From an uncultured Planctomycetota bacterium (GTDB lineage: Bacteria > Planctomycetota > Planctomycetia > Isosphaerales > Isosphaeraceae), in contig CAWJTV010000042.1 of assembly GCA_963845755.1 (NCBI GenBank), forward strand, positions 1-64,000: a stretch of DNA of 64,000 nucleotides. The letters run 5' to 3'. The notes beneath the pieces are model-generated. The model was given only the letters and a program-made list of their open reading frames with translations. It was not told the origin of the DNA and did no database searches. Shown piece after piece: positions 31,601 through 42,577 of the stretch (positions are counted from its first letter, which is position 1; every line of letters begins with the position of its first letter). A program made the translations under genes and the position numbers.

Positions 31601-34600
31601 CTACGGCCAGAAGGGTCCGAACGGCCATGAAGGTTCAGGTGCGTATCCACGCAGGAGGATCTTCGTCCGTTTTTTTGGATCACGTTCCGTGAAATACTTA
31701 AAATACGTATCCGTAATCTCCTTTTGCGTCTCCTGATACGACTTCGGCTTCGGAGGTGTGGGTTTCTCCCGTGGGCTCGCCTTGTATTTCTGGTACTCAT
31801 CACGATTCACATCCATCCTTTTAAAAGTCGTACCTGCATAGGGATATTGGGTCTCTTTAGTCTTTTGATCTTGCTGCTTCTTGGCGGCCGCGTACTTATC
31901 ATCTCCCAGTCCCGATGCCTCGAGTCCGAGTGGGTTGACAGCATTTGGTGGATCGTTCCCTACGTATCGAAACAGGTTGAGATCTCCCGCTGCAAAATCG
32001 AGGGGATCCAATGACATGCAGCGCCCCGATATGGGATCGTAATACCGCGCCCTGTCGTAGTACTGTCCCATCGTCGCATCGTACTCCATACTCGCGAACT
32101 TGAATCGGTCGCCGTTGGCCGCGTTGGTCTCGGTGACAATGTTGCCGAAACTGTCATAGACGATGTGGTCGAGCTCGGTGCCCGAGGTGCTAACGATGTC
32201 GCGCACCGAGCCCAGCTTGTCGGTCAGGTACCAGGCCGTCGCTCCACCCGAACTTGTCCGCGCCAGCAACTCATCGACCGCCGCGCCGTTAACCACTCCC
32301 AGGCCGGAGACATACCGCACCAGCAGCGTGCCGGAGCCGTTGAAATCGGCGTAGGGATTGGTACCGTCGTAGACGGTCCAGGTCTGGGTGCCGCTGTCGT
32401 CGATACCGATGCGGTTGTTGAGCGCATCATAGGTGTATGTGGCAATCACTGTACCACCTTGGGTCACCTCCGTCAATCGGTTTCGGTAATCGTACGTATA
32501 GGTCGTGATCACATGGATTGACGTGTTGGTCTCGGCGGTCAGGTTGCCGGACTTGTCATACGTATAGGTATATCCCGGCGAGGCGGTCTGCTCGTTGTCG
32601 GTGCCGGTGGAGTAGGCGGTGCCGGTGCGGTTGCCGTTGGAGTCGTAGGTGTAGGATTCGGTGCGCGAGCCGGTTACTCCCGTCAATTCGTTGGCGTTGT
32701 CGTAGGTGAAGCTGGCCGTGCCTTCGGCGTCTGTCTCGGCGGTCACCCGGTTGGCCTGGTCGTAGGAGTAGACGTAGGTTGCAATCGGGGTCGTCGTGCC
32801 GCCGCTCCCACTCGGCGTATAAGCCTGGTCCGTGATTGTCGTCTGGCGGTTGGCGGCATCGTAACTATAGTTGGTGTTGACCTGGGTGCCACTGCTGCCG
32901 ATTGTTCGCGACTCCGACGTGATCCGGCCGCCGGAGTCGTAGCTGATCGCCACGTTTGGCCCGGCACTGCCGCCATAAGTCACCGTGATGCCCGTCACCT
33001 CGTCATCGGCGTTGTAGGTGAAGGTGGCGACTTCCGCACTCGACAGGTTGTCGCTCAGAGTAATACGATTGTGCTGCGAGTCGTAGCTCGAGGTGAGGGT
33101 CACGCTGGGCTGGTGGGTGCCGGGGCCGGAGGTCGCCGCCGTGATCTGGTTGCCGCCCGAGTCGTAAGTGAAGGTCAGCGTGGCGTAATTGTCGGACGCG
33201 CCGGTCAGCTCCTGGTCCGCGTCGTACGTGTACGTGATCACATCAAGCTTGCCGCCGGAGGAGGTCAGCCAGGTCTCGCCGGTCTGGTCGCCGCCCGAGT
33301 CGTAGGAGTAGGTCGTCCGCCGGCCGTCCTGGTCGGTCGTGTCGGTCACCTCGCCGTCGGCGTCGTAGACGTAAGTCACAGTGCTGCCATTGGGATCCGT
33401 CACGGTCGTGACGCGGTCGTCGGCGTCGTAGGCCCACTGGGTCTTGTTGCCATCGGGGTCGGTCAGGCTAGTCTCGCGGCCCGCGGCGTCGTAGGTGATC
33501 GTGGTGATTCCCCCCACGGCGCTGATCATCGTCGTGACGCGATTGAGGGCGTCGTAGAGGGTCGTCGTGGTATGCCCGAGGCCGTCGGTCACGGTGATCT
33601 GGTTGCCGCCGGAATCGTAGCCCAGGACCGTGGTGTGGCCCAGGGGGTCCGTGATCGTGGTCAATTCGTTAATCGAATCATATGAATATGATGTCGCGTT
33701 CCCATTCGGGTCCTCGACGGCGATCTGGTTGCCCACACCATCCAGAGTATATGTTGTGAGGTTATTGAGGCCGTCCTCGGTCGCGATCAGTTGGTCGTCA
33801 TGGTTGTAGTAGTAGCTGGTCAGGTCGCCGCCGCTGGGCGCCGGATCGGCCACGCCCGCCTCCTGGCCGGTCGGCGTCCAGGAGTAGGTGGTGGTCTTGG
33901 CCAGCGGGTCGGTCACGGGGCCGACGTTGCCGCGGTTGTCATACGCACTCGTCGTCACCCGGCCCAGCGGGTCCACGACCTGGGTGACGTTGCCGTCGGC
34001 ATCATAGGTCGTCGTCGTCAGGCCGCCCAGCGGGTCCTTCACGACGATCGCGCGATCGTCGGCGTCGTAGGTCGTGGTGGTGATCCGCCCCATCGGGTCC
34101 TTGACGGACGTCACGTTCCCATCCGCGTCATACGCGAGGACGGTCTTGTTCCCGAGCGGATCCGTCACGGTGGTCGCTCGATTCATCGAATCGTAGGCGT
34201 AGCTCGTCGTTCGCGCGGTCTGTAATGCCGGGGTCGGTTCCTCGTCCGCGATCAGGTTGCCGCCGGAATCGTAGACCAGCGTGGTGATGTCGCTCAGCGC
34301 GTCGGTCATGCCGGTTTCACGGTTGAGGGCGTCGTACGAGTAGGTCGTCGCGTTCCCCCGCTGGTCCGTCACCTTCGTCACGTTGCCCTGGTTGTTGTAC
34401 GCATACAGCGTGGTCGTCGTATCGGGATACGTGATCGTCGTGAGCCTGTCCAGGGTGTCGTACTGGTAGCTCGTCGTGTGATTGTTTGCGTCCTTGACCG
34501 TCTGCACCCGGCCGGTGCCGGTATAGGTCATGGTCGTCAAGTTGGTCAGCGGATCCTTGATGACCGTCAGGTTGCCGTTGCCGTCGTAGGTGTAGTGGTA

Positions 34601-37213
34601 GGTGTTGGTGTTCTCGTCCTGGTAGGTCAGGGGCTCGGCGTCGCTGTTCCAGGTGTACTGGACGTTGTTGCCGTCGGGGAGGACTTCCTCGGTGACGTTG
34701 CCGTGCCCATCGTAGCTGTACTGGCTGATGTTATTGAGCGGGTCGATGGCGACGGTGGCCAGGCCGTTGGAGTTGACGTCGTAGGTGGCGATGTTTCCCA
34801 GCCCGTTGACCGCGACGCCGGTGGTGCCCAGGCCGTACCAGTCGGGGCGGACGGTCGAGATGTTGCCGTTGGGGCTCGGTGTACGAGCCGACCGCGGCGG
34901 CGAAGAGGGTGGACGCCGCCGGGCTGCCCGACGTGCCGCTGTTGGTCCAGCCCTGTTCCTGGAAGGCGCTGAATTCCTCGGTGGCCAGGTCGGGCGACGT
35001 GATCGTACCGACTCGTCCGGCACTGTCGTACACGATCGAAACGACGCTGCGACAGCGCGGTCCTGGACCTCGGTGATCTGCCCGCCGGAGCTGTAGGTGT
35101 AGGTCGTCCGCGAGTCGTCGGCCTGCTCCACGGCCTTGAGGTTGCCGCCCGAGTAGGTGAACGTGGTCAGCCGCGTGGCCGGGTCCTCGATCGTCTGGAG
35201 CGCGCCACCGCTGGCCGCGTAGGTGAAGGTTGTATAGCCGCTGTAGGGATCCTCGACCGAGGTGAGCTGGTGGGAGGCATTGTACGAGTAGGTGGTATGC
35301 AGGCCGTTGCGATCGATCGAGGCGGTCTCATAGCCTCCGGAATTGAAGACGATCTGGGTGCCGTCGGTCAGGGTGCGGGTCCAGCCGCCGCCGGAGCCCG
35401 AGTTGGCCGTCAGGGTGGAGAAATCGCCGGCCGGGGTGGTGTAGGTGCTGCCCCCACCGCTGCCGCCGCCGCTGATCGAGGCGAACCAGAGGCTGCTGTC
35501 GGCCACGCCGAGGTTGAGGATCACCCCGCCGCTGGCCGACGTGATCTGCTCCAGGCCGCCCAGCGTCCAGCCGGCGCCGAGGGGGCTGCTCGACTCGTTG
35601 AGCACCGTGGCCGTGCCGCTGTAGGTCGTCGTGGTCAGGCCGGTGCCGTGGTCGACGATCTGGACCGAGTACGAATACCGGCCGGTCGACAGCGTGCCGG
35701 CATTGGCCTGGAGGGCGATCTGCTGGACGTCGCCGGGATTCAGCGAGCTCGTCGAGTAGTACCAGGTCGTGCCCGCCCCCGCTGTTGAACGTCAGGGTGG
35801 CGCTGACCTGCGACGGGACGGACCCGAGGCGCTCAGCGTGTTCTCGGCGACGATGATCGGGCTGGGATCGGCCGCCTGGGAATCGTAGGTCAAGGCGAGG
35901 GCGCCCACGTTGGGGTTGTAACTCGGCAAGGGGATGGCCGTATCGAGCGCACCGGAGATGGCGTTGACGCTCACGCCGTCGCTCTGCCACTGCTGCGCCG
36001 AGCAGGTTGACGGTATCTGGTGAGAGGGTCGTCGGGATGGCCGGGCCCCCGCCGCTGCCGCCCGAACCGCCGCCGCCGGTCCCGGCCGGGATCGCGAAGT
36101 CATAGGTGTAGGTCTCGGTATGGCTGTTGGTGTCGGTGACCGCGAGCGTGATCGCGTCGTTGTGCGCGGTGAGGATCAGGCTATTCCAGGTGAAGGACAG
36201 CTCGTAGGTGCTACCGCCCGAGATGGACGTGGCGTCGGAGGTGATCCCCGAGGTAGTCCAGGTGTACGACGAGACCGAGGTCCCCGAGACCTGGGCCTCC
36301 AGGACGACCGAGCGCACCGAGGTTCGCCTGCTGGAGCACGCCGGGGAAGAGCACGATCACCGTCATGGACATCAAGCACATACATCGGGAAGTACGGGAA
36401 GCTTCCCTGGGACGGCCCCGAGGGCGCCTGGGGGAGCGAGGGCGGAGTGAAGGGCAAGCCACCGCCGGAGCGGACGCTCGGGGGATTCGCCGGTAGCCGG
36501 CTGGGCGGCCGACGCGACGATGGAGTGACCCTCGGCTGAGGGAGCGGGCGCGGCGATCGGCGCGGCCGCGATGGGCTGCTGGCCGCTGGCGCCGGCGACC
36601 GCGGCCAGCAACGCCGCCGAGCCCGCCGCACCGGCGGCGCCACTGCCGCTGCCGCCATTCTGCGGGGCCGGCACGCGGAACGGGCTCACCTGACCCCGCA
36701 CCCCGGCGATCACGGCCGCCTGCGCCCCGTTGCCCGAGCCGCCCCGCGGCGGCAGCGCCGCGCCGCCGCCGTGCGCGACCGCCGGATGCCAGGGCGTGCT
36801 GATGCCGGATGGCGTCGAATCCGCGTTCGCGGCCGGCGACAGGTCCAGCCAATTGTCGGATTCGGAATTCCGGATTCCGGATTCCGGAAGGGACGCCGAG
36901 GCGACGGCGCCGGCCTCCGGACCGCCCGCGCCGGGACTGATCCCGGCCGGCTCGATCCCGATCGCGAGGAAGTCGCCGGTGCCGCCCTGGGGCTGCCCGA
37001 CGCTCGTCGCACCGGTCGGGGCCCCGGGGTCGATCCGCGTATTACCCCCCCATTGATTGCATTCATGCCGCCATTGGGATTGCCGATCGACAGGATGCCC
37101 AGCCCCGCCGCGGCGGCGCCGATGGGGGTCACCGTACTCCGGTTCTCGAGCTGGAGATGATCCACCTTGAGACTCAGGGCCCGACGCCTTCGCTCTCGGT
37201 CGTAGCGCGGCAT
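31601..37213 (-). CDS. RHS/YD-repeat protein (about 1870 codons) with planctomycete extracellular leader and short unique C-terminal extension; several frameshifts
   Basis: GAGGAG SD and ATG at 37213, RRRRALSLKVDHLQLENR leader; dozens of YD repeats; core YLTDKLGSVR..YDSFG..RARYYDPISGR..DP..NLFRYVGNDP..NPLGL. Confidence 0.9.
36858..36889. repeat. Heptamer repeat (CGGATTC-type, about 4 units) inside RHS N-terminal linker
   Basis: ggattcggaattccggattccggattccggaa; same family as 21541-21596. Confidence 0.7.
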
Positions 37214-37617
37214 GGTGCGGCTCCTCGGGATCCCCTGGCCCGGCATTCCGCCACCCCCTCCCCGACCGGGAAAGGGAATGGATCGCGGCAAATCCGGCGC
37301 GCGAGATCCCCTGGCGGCGAGCCCGCTCCCTCCGGGGCGGACGCCGCGACAATCCACGGCGCGGATCTTCCACGCCGCAAGAGACCATGATCGTGAGTCA
37401 GCACGACAAGCGGGCCGAGTCGGTCGGGATCCGGATGGGTCAGGATCGGCGATCACCGCGACAATCGGGGCGATCGGAATGCAACCCCCATGCGGTCGAG
37501 ATCGGCTTGGTGATATTGGAATGTGGGTTGTATCTCCCGGCGCGACGGAATGCAAGGGGGTTGTTCCAGAAAGCGGAATTTTCGGCTCATGGGCCGGGGT
37601 TGGTGAACTCCGTCCCT

Positions 37618-37690
37618 ACGAGCTCGACGCGCCAGCGAGTGGATTCCGGCAGGGAAGATCCATTCACTCACTGGCGCTTCGGGCTCGTAT
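37618..37690. repeat. REP-like inverted repeat
   Basis: acgagctcgacgcgccagcgagtg pairs imperfectly with cactcactggcgcttcgggctcgt. Confidence 0.7.
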
Positions 37691-37981
37691 CAGATCGCGG
37701 CAGCGGCCACCCATATTGGCCCATGAGCCGAGTTTTCCCCAATCGATAGCAAAGCTACCCGGTATGGAGATTCTGCCCCGAAGATCCGGACATATGTCGT
37801 GCCGCTGGACAATATATGGTCCGGATCAGCCTTCCGAAACATGCTGTCCGACCGCGTTTTTTCGATGCCAAGGAGGCGGTCGGACATATGTCTGGAAGGT
37901 AAGGGCCTGGCCCACAGCGTAGCTGGGGCGGGGGAGCACCTCAGGGCAACGCGCGCGAGACCGAGAAGTCAAACCGACCTC

Positions 37982-38101
37982 AAGCCCTGGAGGGGCGGGA
38001 CACAGGCCCAGCGAGGTTTCGCCCCTTCCGGGCTCAGGTATCGACATCCGAACCGATCCCAGGGCGTTGCCTGGGCGGATTTGTGGCTGCCCCGTCTGGG
38101 C
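37982..38101. repeat. Degenerate REP-like element related to 23903-24120
   Basis: gccctggaggggcg / cgccccttccgggct and cccagggcgttgcctggg hairpins. Confidence 0.55.
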
Positions 38102-38238
38102 GACAGACAAGAATGCCGGTATCGATGCTACGGTCTCACAACCTGTCGAGTCGGGACGAAGCGGAGACCGGTGGAATTCGGCGAGGTGTCTCACAAGTTG
38201 TCGCCAGGGTCCAGCCCGAGGGGAAGCCGGAATGGAGT

Positions 38239-39933
38239 TCAGCGCATCCAGACCCGGAAGGGGCCGAACCGGGCCGACGAGTGATAACCCAACTCGGGCA
38301 GCGTCTCCGGGATGCCGTCAAGCCGGGGGCTATCCGAGGAGATCACGACAACGCGGATCGGACCGGCTGTGAGCTGGGGCCGAAGCCATCGGGAGCGCGG
38401 CTCGGCCAGTTGAAGCGACTCGAAGGCCGGGTAGAGCCAATCGTCGAAGACCAGGTCGAAACGGCCGTGGATCCGATTGAGGCCCGGCCGATCCGCAAAG
38501 TAAATCGCCGACGAGGGATATCTCGCGTAGGCGAAGAACTGGGCCAGGTCGGCGCGCTCGGCGCGACGACGACTGGCGGCCTCCTTGACGTCCATCAAGG
38601 CGGAGCCCAGGACGGCGAGTACGGCCACCGACGTTGACAGCCTCAGCCGGAAGGTCGGCAACTCCTCGAGCGCCCGGTCGAGCGCCCGGGCCGTCAACAC
38701 CGCGACGAAGACGACGGCCTGAATCGCGTAGTTGATCCAGGCGCCGGTGCTGACCCGGGAGAGGACGACCACGACGGCCAGCTCGGCTGCGAGGTAGACC
38801 CAGAGGGCGAAATCGAGCTGCCGGTCCGCGCGCGATCGTCTGGCCATCGCCGCCCCGGCCGGCACCACCACGATCAACGCGGCCAGGACCATGACCACAA
38901 GGGACCCGGTGACCCAGGGGCCGGAATTGGCGACCTGCACCAGGGAGAGCGTGGCGATCGACACGACCGTGAGGAGACCCGCGGCCAGGGCCCAGCGGCC
39001 GGGCTCTGAGGGTGCCCGGATGACGGCCAGGACGGCGGTCGCCAGCAGTCCGACGATTCCGGCGGACTTGCCGACGACGGCCGCAAGCACCGTGCCCACA
39101 TGCAGCCAGTTTCCCGGATGGACCCGCCCGACTCCACCCGCCGCCAGGAACGCCGCATCCCCGATTCGGCCACCTGTTACGATCCATTCCAGACCGTATA
39201 CGACCGACGCAACCAGGGCGGCCGACGTCAGGCCCCGCACGATCACGTTGCTTCGGACCTGATCGCGTCGCCAGGCCATCAGCAAGAGGAGCGTGCTGAC
39301 GACCCCTGCTGCCACCAGATGCTGCTTCACACAGACCGCCAGCCCGAACGTCGTGTAAGCCCACACGAGGCGACGGCCCGCGGTGGCCGGCTTCTCCAAC
39401 GCCGCAAGCACCAGCACGACGCCCCAGCTTTGCAGCGCCAGGCCCAGCATGTCTGGCCGCACGGTGAACGGCTGACCGGCGAGCACCGGCGATGCGGCGA
39501 ACAGGAGCACGGCCCACCACCCTGCGCGGCGCGATCCCCCGTCCCGGCGCGCCAGCCGGTAGACCGCGGCCAGCGTCGCCAGTAATCCCAGCGCCGAGAG
39601 GAATCGGCCGGCCAAGTGCGCCGCCACGACCGGGTGCAGCCCGGCATGGGCCATCGGCCAGGCGGTCAGGGCTGCCACGCGGTAGTAGAGCGGGGCATGG
39701 ATCAGGACCAGGGGATTGCGACCGCCGAACGGACCATAGAGCTCGCCGGGGCCGGCGATCCACTGCTGCGCCACCGAGAGCATCAGCGGGGACTCGTAAA
39801 GATCGGTGTCCGCTTCACCCAGGCCGAGCAAGAGCCGGAAGCCGAGGAACACGACGGCCGACGCCGCCAGCACGATCGTGATCCAGGCCGACAACCCGGC
39901 TCCACGCCGCGACTTCGATCCCGGTTCGCTCAT
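38239..39933 (-). CDS. Multi-TM GT-C-fold (ArnT/PMT-like) membrane protein
   Basis: About 12 TM helices; YESPL, HAPLYY, VRPDMLG, CVKQH motifs. Confidence 0.65.
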   Translation of the reverse strand: MSEPGSKSRRGAGLSAWITIVLAASAVVFLGFRLLLGLGEADTDLYESPLMLSVAQQWIAGPGELYGPFGGRNPLVLIHAPLYYRVAALTAWPMAHAGLHPVVAAHLAGRFLSALGLLATLAAVYRLARRDGGSRRAGWWAVLLFAASPVLAGQPFTVRPDMLGLALQSWGVVLVLAALEKPATAGRRLVWAYTTFGLAVCVKQHLVAAGVVSTLLLLMAWRRDQVRSNVIVRGLTSAALVASVVYGLEWIVTGGRIGDAAFLAAGGVGRVHPGNWLHVGTVLAAVVGKSAGIVGLLATAVLAVIRAPSEPGRWALAAGLLTVVSIATLSLVQVANSGPWVTGSLVVMVLAALIVVVPAGAAMARRSRADRQLDFALWVYLAAELAVVVVLSRVSTGAWINYAIQAVVFVAVLTARALDRALEELPTFRLRLSTSVAVLAVLGSALMDVKEAASRRRAERADLAQFFAYARYPSSAIYFADRPGLNRIHGRFDLVFDDWLYPAFESLQLAEPRSRWLRPQLTAGPIRVVVISSDSPRLDGIPETLPELGYHSSARFGPFRVWMR

Positions 39934-42222
39934 CGGAGTTCAGAATCTTTCTCCGTCCCGGCTGGAAACCGGATGAATCTCTCGAAGACGATACCGCAGG
40001 GTGATCCCGTGAACTTGAACGAAGCTCGCGCTTTCTCGGCCACACGATCCACCTCGATGATCCGCTCGAGCGGAGGCCGCATGCGCGAAGCCTTCGGTCA
40101 GGCGAGCGGTCAGATGGCGTTCCCGGTCGTTCCAGCCGAGATCGATGCCCATCCAGTCGCCTTTGCGGTACGCGAACGAGCTGCCGTCGTCCTCGTAGTG
40201 GAGGAAGCGTCCATCGGCGCCGGAGTAGAGGCGGAGGGTCAGCGGTGCCTGGGATTCCTCGCCCGTCCATTGTTTCACGGGTCCCATCGGCAAGATCGTC
40301 CCGGCCCGGACATACAACGGGAGTGTCGCCAGGTCCACGGGGCGAGTGACTTCCCGACCGCCTTCCACCGCTTCGCCCGTCCAGAAATCGTACCAGCGCC
40401 CCCGAGGGAGGTAGAGCGTCCGCGCCTTGGCACCTTTCTCGGTCACCGGTGCCACGAGGAGGTTCGGGCCCCAGAGGAACACGTCGCCCCGGGCGCGGCC
40501 CACCGGATCGTCGGGGTCGTGCAGCCAGAGCGCACGCATGATCGGCAGGCCGGTCTGGCAGCATTCGCGAACCACGCTGTACAGATACGGCATCAACTGA
40601 TAACGCAGCTCCAGGTACTTGCGGCAGATCGGCTCAATCGCCGCGTTGTGCAGTTCCTCCACGCCGGGGTTCCGGGCATAGCCGTAACCGCGGATCTCGT
40701 TCGGCCCGAGCTCGCCGGTATTCCAACCCCAGGGGAGCCGGAGCTTCCAGGTTCGGCCGTGCGAGCGAAAGAGCGGACAGAATGAACCGAACTGGAACCA
40801 GCGGACGTAAAGCTCGCCCGTCAAATCCTTGGTGGGTACGAAGCCCCCGATGTCAGTCCCCCAGTAGGGAATGCCGGTCAAGGAGGTGTTGACCGCGACC
40901 GGCACGTGGGTCTTCAGGGTCTCCCAGGACGAATCGACGTCGCCCGACCAGAGGAAGGCTCCGTAGCGCTGCATGCCCGCATAGCCGTTGCGGTGCAGGG
41001 CGTAGGGCCGCTGGTCCGGACGGCCGAGCTGGGGCCCTTCCCAGTACATCCGGATCCGAGCTAGTCGTGAGGCGGGGCCGAGCGGGTCGCCCTCGTCGGG
41101 CCACCAACCGTCCACTCCCAGGGCGAAGACCTTGCGGTGCAAATCCCAGTAGGCGGCGGCGTTCTCCTCGGCGGCCTGTCCCGGTCCCGACGGATCTCGC
41201 ACGCTGCCGCGCACCGACCTCGAGCGGATCACCACGTGAGGCACGACGTGGAAATGCATCGCGTGCAGCTCGTCGAGAATGGCCTTGGGCTCGTCGAAAA
41301 CCGCAGGGTTGAAGGTGAACGATCCATGCCCGGTATTCCACCCCGACGGGCAGAAACCGGTGCCGAGGTAGATGAGCGCATCGCAGGGGAGCTTCTTCTC
41401 TCGGAAGGTCCTGGCGATGGAGAGGACCTCCTCGCGACTGGCGAGCGTGCGATGTGACTGCTGGTACCCCAGCGCCCAGAGTGGCGGCATCTCGGGATGA
41501 CCCGTAAGCCGGGCATATTCCGCCATGACCTGCGACGGATCGCGCGCCGTGACGATGAAGAGGTCGATGGGCAAGGCCGATGATGGACCGGCCGGCGTGA
41601 ATGATCCCTCCGCTCCAGTCAGGTCGAACCTCCCGGCCGGGTGATGGACGAACATCGCCCAGCCGCTGGTGCCGATCAACCAGGGTACGGGTACTCGGCC
41701 GCCGTGAGTGCGAAGTCGGTATCCTCCTTGACCGCTCCGCATCCGATCGACCGAGCCTTTGCGATCGAATTGTTGACCGCCTTCGCCGAAGCCCAGGACC
41801 GGCCCGTCGCCCAGGTGGAAGGTGAAGGCGCCGGTCTCGCCGTCAACGCGAATCTGCTGGATCAGTCGTCCGTCGGGCGCCTCGACGCGGAACACGAGCG
41901 GCTCGGACGAGACCGTCAGCCGCCAGTCCCCCTCGAGCGTGACCGACTGGGGCTGGCCCGGTGCGGCCAGGCGCACGAGCGGCTCGCCCCAGTCCGGCCG
42001 AACCAGCGACCCGTCGTCCGCGATCGGCTGGGCCCGGCCTGCTTCGAGAGGGACCACGCTGATCCGCACGATCCGGTGGTCGATCGGCGTGACCGTGGCC
42101 TCGACCGCCCTCCCCGCGACCCGTAGCGCCGAGGCCTGGCCGGCCACCGCAAAACCGCCCGGGATCGCCAACGCGCCCGATGCGCCGAGCCCCTTCAGAA
42201 CTGTCCTGCGCGAGATGGACAT
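39930..42222 (-). CDS. Glycoside hydrolase family 31 with Tat signal; frameshift near C-terminus
   Basis: SRRTVLKG Tat motif; PPLWALGYQQS, DGWWPDEG nucleophile region, WSGDV, GTDIGGF, ELYVRWFQFG; corrected stop overlaps next ATG. Confidence 0.92.
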
Positions 42223-42577
42223 GGGTCTTCTCCCCCGCGATATACCGCCGATTCGGGCGCCGACCGAGGTCAGGATAGGACCGCGGCTCACCCGGACCAG
42301 AAAAGAAACATGGATTGCCGGAGCATCCGAGTGCGGCGTAAAAGCCGTTCACGAATGTATTTTATAATAAATACTAAATATCGATAAAATTTATTCACTG
42401 TGTTGACACTGATGATTCGAAAGCCCTGTTGATCCACCTGTTCTACACTTGCTATCAGGTGCACGGACTCCGAACGCTCGAGGCTCGGCTTGAGCACGCG
42501 CCGCACGAGCGCCGCGGCCTGTGCTACTCAGGTGCGAGGCGTTTCAGGACCACGGACGTCAGGGCGTAATCTGGGGC

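Noticed and set aside
31377..31628. 83-aa ORF after RHS as an immunity gene
   Set aside because: No recognisable features; its 3' part overlaps the SD, ATG and signal region of the protease-TPR gene
32200..35400. YD repeats as a DNA repeat element
   Set aside because: Explained by protein-level RHS repeats with variable codons
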